Below, one piece after another: positions 39,430-49,129 of a DNA stretch of 64,000 bases (positions are counted from its first letter, which is position 1; every line of letters begins with the position of its first letter). Source of the DNA: an uncultured Actinomycetes bacterium (lineage in GTDB: Bacteria > Actinomycetota > Acidimicrobiia > IMCC26256 > PALSA-555); the NCBI GenBank assembly GCA_963849135.1, contig CAWKGF010000005.1, positions 22,826 to 86,825 of the forward strand, given 5' to 3'. The notes beneath the pieces are model-generated. The model was not told the DNA's origin. It saw only the letters and a list, made by a program, of their open reading frames with translations, and searched no databases. Both the position numbers and the translations under genes were made by a program.

Positions 39430-42156
39430 GCGCCACCGTCCCCGACCGGTGCCGCGGCGGCGGTGACGGCCGCCTCGATTCCCTCGCTCAGGCCCAGCTC
39501 GGCCATACGCCGGGCCTCGCCTTCGCTGCCGATGGCGAGCTCGTCGATCCCGCCCTGGACGGCGGCGACGGCCTGGAGCCACACGACGGTGAACACGATG
39601 GCGGGGATCGCGACCGGCCAGCGCGGGGGGCGTGGAGGTCTCGAGGCGGGAGAAGAGGTAGACGCCGACGACGAGGAAGATGGCCGGGATCCGGCCCTCA
39701 CGCCAGGTGATGGGCGCCTCCAGCCAGCCCTTGGCCTTCGCGACGAGCTCGATCTGGTGCGGCAGCCAGAGGAACATCACGAACGCCGCCCCGCAGGGGA
39801 TGCCGATCAGCACGCAGTCGAGCCCGGTGCCCGGGAGCCACCCGGCCGACTGGAGCAGGGCGCCGGTCACGGCGCCGAGCACGGCTGCGGCGCCCATGAG
39901 GAGCGGACCTCGCTGGTCGCCGTGCTGGCCGGCGAGCACCCGGTCGGCGCGCAGCATCCAGACCAGCAGGAACACGACGCTCGGCACCACGAACCACAGC
40001 AGCGTCGCGCTGTGCACGGTCGCCCAGTGGCCGCCAAGCCGGACGTAGGGGGGCGTCCCGGCGAAGTGGGCGTTGAGCTGCGTCGCGGAGCGCACCAGCA
40101 GGTACCCGAAGTACAGGGCCGGTCCGATCGCGCACGGCACGACCACCTTCGCGAACGCGGGTGTAGGACTCGGGCAGCGCGCCCTGCTTGGCGAACTCCT
40201 TGGCTCGGCCGCCAAGGCCCGGGCTCGGGCCATGTCGAGGATGCTCTTGCGGGTCTGGTACTCGACGATCCCTTCGGGGTGGCGAGCGTAGGTGATGGCG
40301 CCCAGCCCGAACAAGATGAGGAACAGGCCGGGCGTGAGGTGCAGGCCATCCTCGAGCAGCCACTGGAACAGCACGAAGCTCAACCCGGCGTTGACGGCCC
40401 CATCGACGGTGCGCGAGCCGAGGGTGACGACGAACACCACCCAGGCGATGCCCAGGATGGTCGGGAACGTCGGCGTCTGGCCGACCCGGGCGTCCTGCCC
40501 GGCCATGGCGATCATCGCGCCGCCGACGCCGGCGACACCGGCCGACAGCGCGAACGAGCTGATGCGCAGCGCGGTCGAGTTGATGCCGATCGACGCGGCG
40601 GCGTTCTCGCTGCCTCGGACCGCGTTGAGGAATCGTCCGGTCGTGCCGTTGCGTATCAGAATCACCCCGAACGCCACGATGGCGAAGATGATGAACGTCA
40701 AGATGAAGAAGGTCCGGTCGGTGCTCGCGAAGTCCGGCCTCGGGACGTGGATGCCATCCTGCCCATTCGAGATCCCGGGTCGGTCGAAGACGACCTGCTC
40801 GACCGTGAGCCCGAAGGCCAAGGTCGCCAGGGTGAGGTAGATGCCCCCGAGCCGGATCGCGGGCAGGGCGAAGAGGGCGCCGATGAGCGCGGCCATGATC
40901 CCGCCGATCAGGAGCCCGAGCAGGATCGGCACCCCGTGGTCGACGGCGAGGTCGGCGGCGGTGAACCCGCCGATCCCGGCAAAGGTCGCTTGGGCGAGGG
41001 AGATCTGGCCGGCGAAGCCGGTGATGATCGTGATGGACAGGAACGTGATCACGAGCGTGAACCCGTCCGTGATCCGGAACACCCACAGGCCACTCACGAG
41101 GGTGAGCATGACGAGCAGGAACCCGGCGATGAAGATCGGGAACACGATCTTGGTGATCCGCTCCAGCTCCGGGGTCTTGTAGCTCGAAGACAGCGCCGGC
41201 GGAGGTGGGTCGACCCCGGCGAGCGGGTCGGCGGCCTCTCGTCGCTCTCGGATGGAGCGCACGAGGATCAGGACGAGGAACAGCACGATGAACGGGACGG
41301 TCGGGATGAGGTCGACGGCGATGGTGCTGCTCGAGCTGATCCCGAACACGTGCTGGAGGACGTCGGGGAGGGCCCGCTCGCCGACGCCGAGCAGCACGCC
41401 GGCGGCGAAGGTGATCGGGATGCTCTGCAGCCGACCGACCACCGCGGCCGTGATGCACACGATCACCAGCAGGTTGAAGGTGTTGACGTCCAGGGTCTGG
41501 GCGAGGGTGGCGAGGATGACCCCGGCCAGCCCGGCCAGCAGGCTCGAGAGCATCCAGGCCACCGCGCTGACCCGCTCCGAGTCGACGCCGGCCAGCTCGA
41601 CCATCCGGGGGCTCTCGACCACGGCCCGCATCTGCAGCCCGATCGCCGTGTACCGGAAGATGAACCCGAGGATCAAGACGACGACCACGGTGAGGATCGC
41701 CGCCATCGAGAAGTCCCACGCCACGAAGTGGGAGCCGATGTTGAACCCGACCGAGTTGATCCCGAACATGGGCGGGATGCTGGACCGCACGGTGGTCGGC
41801 ACCGGCGCCTGGCCGGTGATGAGGTCCTGGGCGATCATCGGCAAGGCGATGAACAGGCCGAGGACCGAGACGAGCTTGACCTGCCACCCCGCGGTTCGCA
41901 TGGCCCGGAACAGGATCCGGTCGAACGCCAACCCGAGCAGCGGCGACACGATGAGGACCGAGACGACGAGCCCCAGCCAGCGCGGGTCGCCGTTGACCTC
42001 GACCATCTCCACGTAGACGGCGCCGCCGACGAAGGCCTGCGCCGCATACGCGAAGTTGAAGACCCCCGTGGTCTTGTACGTGAGCACGATGCCGATGGCG
42101 ATGAGCGCGTAGACGCACCCGAAGGGGATGCCTTCGATGAGCCAATTAGCGACCAC
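39426..42156 (-). CDS. Fused LivH-LivM permease with an additional ~250-aa C-terminal polytopic domain; frameshift near 39632
   Basis: LivH part (MVANWLIEGIPFGCVYALIAIGIVLTYK...) runs in frame without a stop into the LivM part (...GFAGQISLAQATFAGIGGF...LGGIYLTLATLAFG...). About 6 further TM helices follow. At a 6-G/C run the frame changes to ORF 39426..39701 (WPVAIPAIVFTVVWLQ...PVGDGGA*). Confidence 0.65.
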
Positions 42157-42203
42157 GACGGTCTAGGGCCTCCGAGGTTGCTCGAGTCGGTTGCGCGTTG
42201 CTG

Positions 42204-43568
42204 CTATGGCACAGGCGGCGACGTGCTCGGCACGGTGGCGGTCGTCGGCAGCTGCTCCCCCGGCTTCGGTGGCCGGTAGTAGAGCGTTGTCGAGTTCAGC
42301 ACCGCCGGGAGCGGGTTCTCCGTCGAGCACACGAAGGGCTGCCCCGGCTTCCCGAACTGGTTCACGAACTTGCCGTTGGTGAACAGCTCGTAGGCGGTGC
42401 AGGTCTCGTGGTCGGTGTTGGGCTGCGTGCCGTCGGCGCCGGGCGGGCCGTGGCCGTCGAAGGCCCAATCGACCGGCGGGCGCAGCCCGTTGGCGGTGTA
42501 CCCGTTGACCTGGGTGTTGATGGCGTCCACGACCGACTTCTGGGTGAAGTTGGGACCGGCCAGCTTGATCCCCTCGTAGAGCATGTCACCGTTGATCCAC
42601 CCCGAGAGGGCCTGCTCGGTGAGCGGCTTGTGGAGCTTGGCCATCTGCTGGGCGAAGAGGGTGAGCTCGGGCGAGGACTTCACGTCCTCGAAGGGCCAGA
42701 AGTCGATCCCGAAGTAGATGCCGTTGAGCTCGTTACCGTACTTGGCCAGCGTGCTCGGCGCGTAGCCCTCGGGCGCGTAGAACTTGACGTTGGGCAGACC
42801 GGCTCGTCGGATCTCTTGCGCCGCGTTCACCTCACCGCCGACGTCCATGCACGTCGAGACGAACTGGACGTTCTTCGCCTTCATGGTGTCAACGTCCGCG
42901 CCGAGGTCGGTGAACCCGAACGAGATGCTGTCGTCGACCAGCTCGACGTTGAACCCGTACTGCTTGAACCCGGCCTCGGTCCCCTGCGCGCAGGTCTGGG
43001 ACTGGGCGGCGGTGTAGGCGAGGATCGCCACGTTCTTCACGCCCAGGTGCTGGGCGATGAGGGCGGGCGCCTCGGCCGGGCAGGTGAAGCACAGGTAGGA
43101 GCCCTTCTCCCCGAACAGGTTCGGGCCGTCGTTCCACTCTGAGTTGATGTTCCACCCGAAGGTGGGGACGCCCTTCGACGCGAGGTAGGACGCCGAATCG
43201 AAGATGTCGGTCACGACCGGCGCGACCGCGAACACGTGGTCCTGCTCGACGAGCTCCCGCGCCGCCTCGACGTCGCCAGAGGCGCGATCCTGGTCGTCGA
43301 GTTGGGCGACGAGCTTGAACTTCCGGCCGTAGATCCCGCCCTTGGCGTTGATGTAGTTGAAGTAGGCCTGGAGGCCGGTGAACCCGTCGGCGTACGGCGC
43401 CCCGAGCTGGTTGGTGACCGCGGCGATCCCACCGACGTCGATGGTCGTGCTCGTCACGCCAGGGACGCTGCCGGTCTGGGCGCTGGCGATTCCGACCCCA
43501 GCGACCGCGACCCCCGTGGTGGCGGTCAGGACCACCGTCAGAGCGGCGACAACAGCTTTCACGCGCAT
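42204..43568 (-). CDS. Liv-type (type 1 periplasmic binding fold) ABC substrate-binding protein
   Basis: MRVKAVVAALTVVLTATTGVAVAG signal peptide, then GGIAAVTNQLGAPYADGFTGLQAYFNYINAKGGIYGRKFKL... The ATG at 43568 follows GGGGGAG. Confidence 0.75.
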   Translation of the reverse strand: MRVKAVVAALTVVLTATTGVAVAGVGIASAQTGSVPGVTSTTIDVGGIAAVTNQLGAPYADGFTGLQAYFNYINAKGGIYGRKFKLVAQLDDQDRASGDVEAARELVEQDHVFAVAPVVTDIFDSASYLASKGVPTFGWNINSEWNDGPNLFGEKGSYLCFTCPAEAPALIAQHLGVKNVAILAYTAAQSQTCAQGTEAGFKQYGFNVELVDDSISFGFTDLGADVDTMKAKNVQFVSTCMDVGGEVNAAQEIRRAGLPNVKFYAPEGYAPSTLAKYGNELNGIYFGIDFWPFEDVKSSPELTLFAQQMAKLHKPLTEQALSGWINGDMLYEGIKLAGPNFTQKSVVDAINTQVNGYTANGLRPPVDWAFDGHGPPGADGTQPNTDHETCTAYELFTNGKFVNQFGKPGQPFVCSTENPLPAVLNSTTLYYRPPKPGEQLPTTATVPSTSPPVP

Positions 43569-43579
43569 CGGTTCTCCCC

Positions 43580-43598
43580 CCAAGTCGGACCGACTTGG
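43580..43598. promoter_or_regulatory. Perfect 19-bp palindrome abutting the SD of the liv binding-protein gene
   Basis: CCAAGTCGG-A-CCGACTTGG. As RNA it forms an 8-bp stem with a triloop, 1 nt upstream of GGGGGAG. A second palindrome TGACG-N4-CGTCA lies at 43623..43636. Confidence 0.4.
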
Positions 43599-43668
43599 CG
43601 CGCACTCTAGCCACACCCGGGCTGACGCTCACGTCAGGTAGCCCCGGATGCTCCGCCTCCGGGTCGGG

Positions 43669-44772
43669 CTACCGGGGTGGGGGCGCCTGGGTGCGGCGCG
43701 CCACGATCCGGGGGTGGGGTCGCAGCGACCGGTCCGACGACCAGGGCGCGTAGGGCGCCATGGTGACCCCGGCCAGGCCGATGAGCACCGCGTCGTAGTT
43801 GATCCGCCAGCCCGCGAAGTCCCGCCAGCAGCGGTCCCGGTCGGGCCGGACCGCGACGCCGGCCCCGCCCAGGTCGCGGTAGGCCTGGTCGAACTCCTCC
43901 CGGGCGATGCTGATCGGCCCGTCGGGGGCCGGGTCGGGGTCGTAGGCGATGCGGTAGAAGTCGGCGATGTGACGGAGGGCGAGGGTGCCGGCCCGGATGC
44001 AGAGCCCGGCCTGGGGTGACCAGGGGGTCTGCAGCGTGGACTGGGCGAACGACGCCGCGTCGAGGAGCGCTCCGGCGGCGGTGACCCACGATCGGTCGGG
44101 GTTCGGGGAGCGGAAGAAGACGAGGACGGCGAGGGAGGTGTGGGTCTCGCCGATGTCGGCGAACCACTCCTCCCATTCCGCCCACAGCTGGGGGAGGTCG
44201 CCGATCCAGTTGATGGCCTGGTAGCGCTGGAGGAGCTCCACCGCGCTGGGCGGCGTCCCGGCCCGGGTGGCGAGCTTCGCGACGGCCAGCTCCCGGCGGG
44301 AGAACGCGGTGTAGATGGTGGGCAGGTACGCGATGAGGAGGGTGAGCAGGCCGAGGCCACACGCGGCCTCGACGAACACGATGATGTAGTCGGGCACGCC
44401 GCGCGACACGGTGGCGAAGCCGAGCGTGAAGAACGAGGAGCCGGAAAGCTCGAAGGCCCGCGTCCAGTTCGTCACGTCGACCGCGCCCCGGTAGATGAAG
44501 GTGAACCCGGCGATGACGATCGTCATCCACACGAACACGAGCGCGAACAGGCTGACCGGTCCGTAGAGGGCCATGACCCGGTCGCGGGCGGCGTACGTCC
44601 GGCCCTCGCGGGCGAGCAGGTCGAAAGCGTGGCGGATCTCGACGAAGACGGCCCGGGTGAGCAACGTGATGACCCCGCGGGGCAGCACGAACGTCCGCAG
44701 CGCGGAGTCGAACACGACCAGCACCATCGCCGACCCGATCAGGACGAACGCGACGTCCCACACGATGCTCAT
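43669..44772 (-). CDS. Membrane protein with a K+-channel-like TM-pore helix-TM core and a degenerate filter, plus a ~200-aa cytoplasmic domain
   Basis: 367 aa. VSLFALVFVWMTIVIAGFTFIY - WTRAFELSGSSFFTLGFATVS - IIVFVEAACGLGLLTLLIAYLPTIY resembles an M1-P-M2 architecture, with TLGFA where TVGYG is expected. Confidence 0.4.
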   Translation of the reverse strand: MSIVWDVAFVLIGSAMVLVVFDSALRTFVLPRGVITLLTRAVFVEIRHAFDLLAREGRTYAARDRVMALYGPVSLFALVFVWMTIVIAGFTFIYRGAVDVTNWTRAFELSGSSFFTLGFATVSRGVPDYIIVFVEAACGLGLLTLLIAYLPTIYTAFSRRELAVAKLATRAGTPPSAVELLQRYQAINWIGDLPQLWAEWEEWFADIGETHTSLAVLVFFRSPNPDRSWVTAAGALLDAASFAQSTLQTPWSPQAGLCIRAGTLALRHIADFYRIAYDPDPAPDGPISIAREEFDQAYRDLGGAGVAVRPDRDRCWRDFAGWRINYDAVLIGLAGVTMAPYAPWSSDRSLRPHPRIVARRTQAPPPR

Positions 44773-44785
44773 GGCGGCCAGCCTG

Positions 44786-45205
44786 TCAGTCTTCGCCGGG
44801 CCGAGGCCGGCTTCGGCCCCGTTTGAGATCCCCGCGGCGACGCTTCTCGTCGAGGCGAGCCCGACGAGACGCCGACGACGGCCGGGTCGGACGGCGAGGC
44901 GGGGTCGTGCGCAACCCGGCCGCGAGGCGCGCCGCGAGGCGCTCGAGGACGAGCTCGCGGTTGCGGGCCTGGGAGCGGGTGTCGGCGGCCCGGGCCCGCA
45001 CCACGGGGCCGAGCCGGTTGAGGAGCCGGGCCCGCTGACGGGGCCCGAGAGAGCGGGACGCGGCGACGTCGAAGGACGCCTCGACCGCGGTGTCGGACGT
45101 GTTGGCGTGCTGGCCGCCGGGCCCGCCGGAGCGGCTGGCCCGGAGCACGACCTCGGACAGGTCGATCCGGCACGACGGGCTGACCCGCAGCCAGCGAGGC
45201 GCCAT
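44786..45205 (-). CDS. arfB: Alternative ribosome rescue factor ArfB (peptidyl-tRNA hydrolase, GGQ domain)
   Basis: ASRSGGPGGQHANTSDTAV GGQ motif and a basic C-terminal tail (KRRRGDLKRGRSRPR). 139 aa from the ATG at 45205. Confidence 0.8.
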   Translation of the reverse strand: MAPRWLRVSPSCRIDLSEVVLRASRSGGPGGQHANTSDTAVEASFDVAASRSLGPRQRARLLNRLGPVVRARAADTRSQARNRELVLERLAARLAAGLRTTPPRRPTRPSSASRRARLDEKRRRGDLKRGRSRPRPGED

Positions 45206-45276
45206 CGGTAGCGACGGTAGACGCGGCGCCGACGGCACGGCTCCGTTACTCGCCAGTACAGTCCGGTGCGCCGCCA

Positions 45277-45327
45277 TTGACAGCCCCGCGGGGCCTTCTA
45301 GAGTGGCGGCACCGTGACCGCCGTCAC
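45277..45327 (+). promoter_or_regulatory. Sigma-70-like promoter (TTGACA-N16-TAGAGT) followed by the palindrome GTGAC-N4-GTCAC
   Basis: TTGACA at 45277-45282, TAGAGT at 45299-45304, palindrome at 45314-45327. All lie upstream of the peptide ABC operon. Confidence 0.4.
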
Positions 45328-45383
45328 AGCGGGCGCGGTGGACAGAAGGGGTGAGAGCCCCGTCAGCTCCTGGGGGGGAACCA

Positions 45384-47033
45384 GTGGCCGCTCCGCACCG
45401 GCATGCACCTCGTCGGCTCATCCGCCTCGTCGCCCTGGTGGGCGTCGGCGCGATGGCCCTGACCGGCCTGGTGGGCACCGCCGGGGCGGCGGCGGCGCAC
45501 GGCGTCGCCCGCAAGCCGGGGTCCCAGAACGCGGGCTCGGGCGGGAACATCAACTTCGGCCTCGAGGCGGAGACCACCAACTACTGCCTGACCAGCGCCC
45601 AGCTGGCGATCTCGGGGATCCAGGTCGTCGCCGCGGTCTACGACACCCTCACCGTGCCGAACAGCAAGGGCGTCGCGGTGCCGTACCTCGCCAAGTCGGT
45701 GACCCCGAACTCCAACAACACGGTGTGGACGATCACGCTGCGGCCCAACATCGAGTTCCAGGACGGCGAGCCGCTCACCGCCCAGGCGGTGATGCTGAAC
45801 CTCGACACCTACCGGGGCGTGGCGCCCGGCGTCGCAGCGGACTTCGGTGACCTGTTCCCGATCTACCTGAAGTTCATCTCGGACGTGAGCGTGACCGGCC
45901 CCCTCACCGTGCAGGTCACGCTGAGCCAGCCGGTGCCGGACTTCCCCGACTACCTGTACTCGACGGGCCGGATGGGGATCATGGCTCCCGCTCAGCTGAA
46001 CGGGAACTGCCAGACCGACATGATCGGCACCGGCCCGTTCAAGTTGGAGTCGTACCAGCAGAACAACAAGACGGTCGTAGTCCGGAACCCGAACTACTGG
46101 CAGCCGGGCTACCCGAAGGCGCAGTCGATCACCTTCTACCCGGTTCCGGACGAGTCGCAGCGAACCACAGATCTCGAAGGCGGACAGCTCGACATCCTGC
46201 ACACGTCGAGCGCGCAGCAGTACGTCGCGCTGAAGAGCCAGGGGAACTTGAAGCTCCTCTACCAGCAGCCTGGCTACCGGGAGATCCACTACTACTTCCT
46301 GCGGGCGAACAAGGCGCCGTTCAACAGCCTCGTGGCCCGCCAGGCGTTCGCCTACGCGGTGGATCGCAACTCCCTCAACACGATCCAGAACAAGGGCGTG
46401 TTCCAGGTCGCCAACAGCATCATGGACAAGAGCTCGCCGGGCTACTTGGCCAACGCGGGGTATCCCTCCTTCAACTTGAAGAAGGCAACCGCGCTGGTGA
46501 ACCAGTACAAGGCCCAGAACGGCGGCCAGTTCAACATCACGCTCGGGGCGACCACCGACCCGGAGGCGAGCGCCGAGGCGCAGCTGCTGAAGGAGCAGCT
46601 CAGCAAGGCCGGGATCAACACGACCATCGCCCAGTTCGACCAGGCGACCTTGATCAACAAGGCGCTGCAGGGCGACATCGACGTACTGGTCTGGCGGAAC
46701 CTGCACGGCGAGTACTCGGGTGACGCGGACCAGAGCACCTACGTGTGGTTCGCCGAGAACTACCCGACGAACTTCGGGGCCTTCTCCGACCCGACCGTCC
46801 AGTCGCTGCTGGACCAGGGACGGGCGGCGACGTCACCGGCCCAGATCAACTCGATCTACCAGCAGTTCAACAAGGCGATGGCGCAGGGCCTGTACATCCT
46901 GCCGGCCTGGTACGTGAACTGGACCATCGCCTACAAGCCCACGGTGAAGTTGAACTTCGCTCCGCTCCCGGACGGTGAGGGCAGCCCAGCGTTCATCTAC
47001 GGGCGGATCTCGCTGCTGGATCTGAGCAACTAA
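45384..47033 (+). CDS. ABC substrate-binding protein, family 5 (peptide/nickel, DppA/OppA-like)
   Basis: GTG at 45384 after GGGGGGAA. Signal peptide, then ...AVYDTLTVPNSKGVAVPYLAKSVTPNSNNTVWTITLRPNIEFQDGEPLTA... is a typical SBP_bac_5 pattern. Confidence 0.8.
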   Translation: MAAPHRHAPRRLIRLVALVGVGAMALTGLVGTAGAAAAHGVARKPGSQNAGSGGNINFGLEAETTNYCLTSAQLAISGIQVVAAVYDTLTVPNSKGVAVPYLAKSVTPNSNNTVWTITLRPNIEFQDGEPLTAQAVMLNLDTYRGVAPGVAADFGDLFPIYLKFISDVSVTGPLTVQVTLSQPVPDFPDYLYSTGRMGIMAPAQLNGNCQTDMIGTGPFKLESYQQNNKTVVVRNPNYWQPGYPKAQSITFYPVPDESQRTTDLEGGQLDILHTSSAQQYVALKSQGNLKLLYQQPGYREIHYYFLRANKAPFNSLVARQAFAYAVDRNSLNTIQNKGVFQVANSIMDKSSPGYLANAGYPSFNLKKATALVNQYKAQNGGQFNITLGATTDPEASAEAQLLKEQLSKAGINTTIAQFDQATLINKALQGDIDVLVWRNLHGEYSGDADQSTYVWFAENYPTNFGAFSDPTVQSLLDQGRAATSPAQINSIYQQFNKAMAQGLYILPAWYVNWTIAYKPTVKLNFAPLPDGEGSPAFIYGRISLLDLSN

Positions 47034-47070
47034 AGGGCGTCACCCGACAAGGAGCTCACGGACCTTCAAG

Positions 47071-48078
47071 ATGCGGAGAACGGAGTTACTCCGATTCATC
47101 GCGCGGCGGCTGGTGCAGCTGGCGATCGTGCTGCTCGCGGTGACGTTCTTCACGTTCTTGCTGGTCAAGCTGCTGCCCGGGAACCCGATCGACACGATCA
47201 TCCCGTTCGGGAAGGGCCAGCAGTTCGCGAAGGAGCGGGCGCTCCTCGCCAAGGACCTGGGTCTCAACAAGGGCTTCCTCGCCCAGTACTGGGCGTACCT
47301 GACCGGGCTGCTGCACGGCCAGCTGGGCCACCAGTACTCGTCGGGGCTGCCGGTCACCACGCTGATCAACCAGTCGCTGCCGGTGTCGCTCCAGCTGATG
47401 ATCTACGCGCAGATCCTCTCGTTGGTCATCGCGATCCCGCTGGGTGTGCTCGCCGCCTACCGGGCCGGGACCAGGACGGACAGCGCGATCAACACCTCGT
47501 CGTTCGCGCTGCTGGCTCTCCCGAACTTCGTGCTGGCCCTGTTCCTCTCGTTCATCGTCGGCGCCAAGCTGCACTGGCTGCCGACCTCGGGCTACCAGCC
47601 CGGCCCGCTCGACTGGGTCTTCAACGGTCAGACGCCACGATGGGGGGCGCACTTCACCGACATGATCCTGCCTGCGGTGACGCTCGCGGTCGGGCAGATC
47701 GCGGTGTACATGCGGCTGCTACGGAGCGACATGATCGCGACCCTCCAGGAGAACTTCATCACCTTGGCGAAGGCGAAGGGGATCACGAACCGTCAAATCT
47801 TGTGGCGCCACGCCCTCCGCCCGTCCAGCCTGACCATGCTGACCGTGGCCGGGTTGAGCGTCGGGACCCTGATCGGCGGCGCGATCGTCGTCGAGGTCAT
47901 CTTCCAGGTCCCGGGCATGGGCGAGAAGATCTTCCAGGCGGTGCAGTCCCGCTCGTACGTCGAGCTGCAGAGCTACGTGCTCGTGATCGCGGTGCTGTTC
48001 GTGCTGGTGAACTTCGCGGTGGACCTGCTGTACACGGTGCTCGACCCGAGGATTCGACATGCTCGGACGTCGGCCTAG
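47071..48078 (+). CDS. Peptide/nickel ABC transporter permease (DppB/OppB-like)
   Basis: MRRTELLRFIARRLVQLAIVLLAVTFFTFLLVKLLPGNP...ITLAKAKGITNRQILWRHALRPS, 335 aa. Confidence 0.85.
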   Translation: MRRTELLRFIARRLVQLAIVLLAVTFFTFLLVKLLPGNPIDTIIPFGKGQQFAKERALLAKDLGLNKGFLAQYWAYLTGLLHGQLGHQYSSGLPVTTLINQSLPVSLQLMIYAQILSLVIAIPLGVLAAYRAGTRTDSAINTSSFALLALPNFVLALFLSFIVGAKLHWLPTSGYQPGPLDWVFNGQTPRWGAHFTDMILPAVTLAVGQIAVYMRLLRSDMIATLQENFITLAKAKGITNRQILWRHALRPSSLTMLTVAGLSVGTLIGGAIVVEVIFQVPGMGEKIFQAVQSRSYVELQSYVLVIAVLFVLVNFAVDLLYTVLDPRIRHARTSA

Positions 48079-49129
48079 CCCGCGGGGCGGCACGCCGGGA
48101 CCGGGCGGCGGCGGTGGCTTCGGCCTGTCCGGGTCGCCGACCGAGGAGCTGCAGCGGGACGAGGCGGACCGGGCTTCGCTGGCGGTCGGGGGCGAGGCGG
48201 GCCTGCTCGGGGTCGAGGCAGTCGAGGTCGGGGGGGAGGGCGAGCGCGGCCGGCGGGGTCGGGGGCTCGGCATCGTGGCGTGGATCGCGATCGCCTGGAT
48301 GGCGTTCATCGTGCTGATCGCGGTGCTGGCCAAGACCGGGCTCGTCACCTGGGGCGACCCGCAGAACTCGATCGCCTCCTGCGCCAGCAAAGGGCCGTTC
48401 GCGCAGGCCGGCACTGCGCCCGGTCACCCGCTCGGCTGCGACAGCATCGGGCGGGACATGTCGGCTCGGCTGGCGTTGGGGGCCTGGACGTCGCTGCTGG
48501 TGTCGGTGGGCGCGATCGTGGTCGGGTTCGTGATCGGCGGCGGGCTCGGGATCATCGCCGGGTTCTTCCGCGGCAAGGCCGACAGCTTCTTGAGCGGCTT
48601 GTTCAACGTGCTGCTCTCGATTCCGGCCATCGTCTTGGCGTTGGCGCTGGTCGCGTTCTTGCAGGGCAGCCCGGAGAACGCGGCGAAGAGCCCACTCCCG
48701 GACTGGCTGGTGCTCATCATCGCGATCGGGGTGGTCTCGATCCCGCTGGTGGGTCGGATCGCGCGGGCGAGCGCGTTGAGCTGGTCGCAGCGGGAGTTCG
48801 TCCTCGCGGCGAGGGCCCAGGGAGCCAAGAACGGGCGGATCATGATCCGGGAGCTGCTCCCCAACGTGGCGCCGGCGATGTTCTCGATCGCGCTCCTCGG
48901 GATCGCGATCGCGATCGTCGCCGAGGGCACGTTGGCGATCCTCGGGGTCGGGGTCCGCCCGCCGACGCCGTCGTGGGGCAACATCATCGCCCTCGACCGC
49001 GGCAACCTCTTCACCGCGCCGTACATCGTGTTCGAGCCGTCGATCCTCATCTTCTTGACGGTGCTGGCGCTGAATTACCTGGGCGATGTGGTCCGGAACC
49101 GCTTCGACGTCCGGGAGGCGGGGATTTGA
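48059..49129 (+). CDS. Peptide/nickel ABC transporter permease (DppC/OppC-like), start uncertain
   Basis: HPLGCDSIGRDMSARLALGAWTSL...EFVLAARAQGAKNGRIMIRELLPNV. The first ~70 aa are low-complexity, so the true start may lie downstream. Confidence 0.75.
   Translation: MLGRRPSPRGGTPGPGGGGGFGLSGSPTEELQRDEADRASLAVGGEAGLLGVEAVEVGGEGERGRRGRGLGIVAWIAIAWMAFIVLIAVLAKTGLVTWGDPQNSIASCASKGPFAQAGTAPGHPLGCDSIGRDMSARLALGAWTSLLVSVGAIVVGFVIGGGLGIIAGFFRGKADSFLSGLFNVLLSIPAIVLALALVAFLQGSPENAAKSPLPDWLVLIIAIGVVSIPLVGRIARASALSWSQREFVLAARAQGAKNGRIMIRELLPNVAPAMFSIALLGIAIAIVAEGTLAILGVGVRPPTPSWGNIIALDRGNLFTAPYIVFEPSILIFLTVLALNYLGDVVRNRFDVREAGI

Noticed and set aside
40150-40205. Pair of compensating frameshifts in the LivM-to-extension linker (alternative reading AKEFAKQGALPESYT)
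   Set aside because: Only 15 residues read better in the other frame and the flanking sequence in that frame is junk. Evidence is insufficient to call an error, so it is mentioned under the Liv finding only.
38626-42156. Single 1176-aa ORF suggesting a LivH-LivM-LivG polyprotein
   Set aside because: Between the membrane domains and LivG the translation becomes an Arg-rich off-frame stretch. The natural continuation (WPVAIPAIVF...PVGDGGA*) is in ORF 39426..39701 and ends with a TGA overlapping the livG ATG. The apparent fusion to LivG therefore results from one indel at a 6-nt G/C run.
38605-42279. 1224-aa ORF on the plus strand spanning the liv region
   Set aside because: It is antisense to clearly recognisable livG and livHM coding sequence. 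Its translation is Arg/Gly/Asp/Pro-rich with no motifs. Long stop-free antisense frames are expected at ~70% GC.
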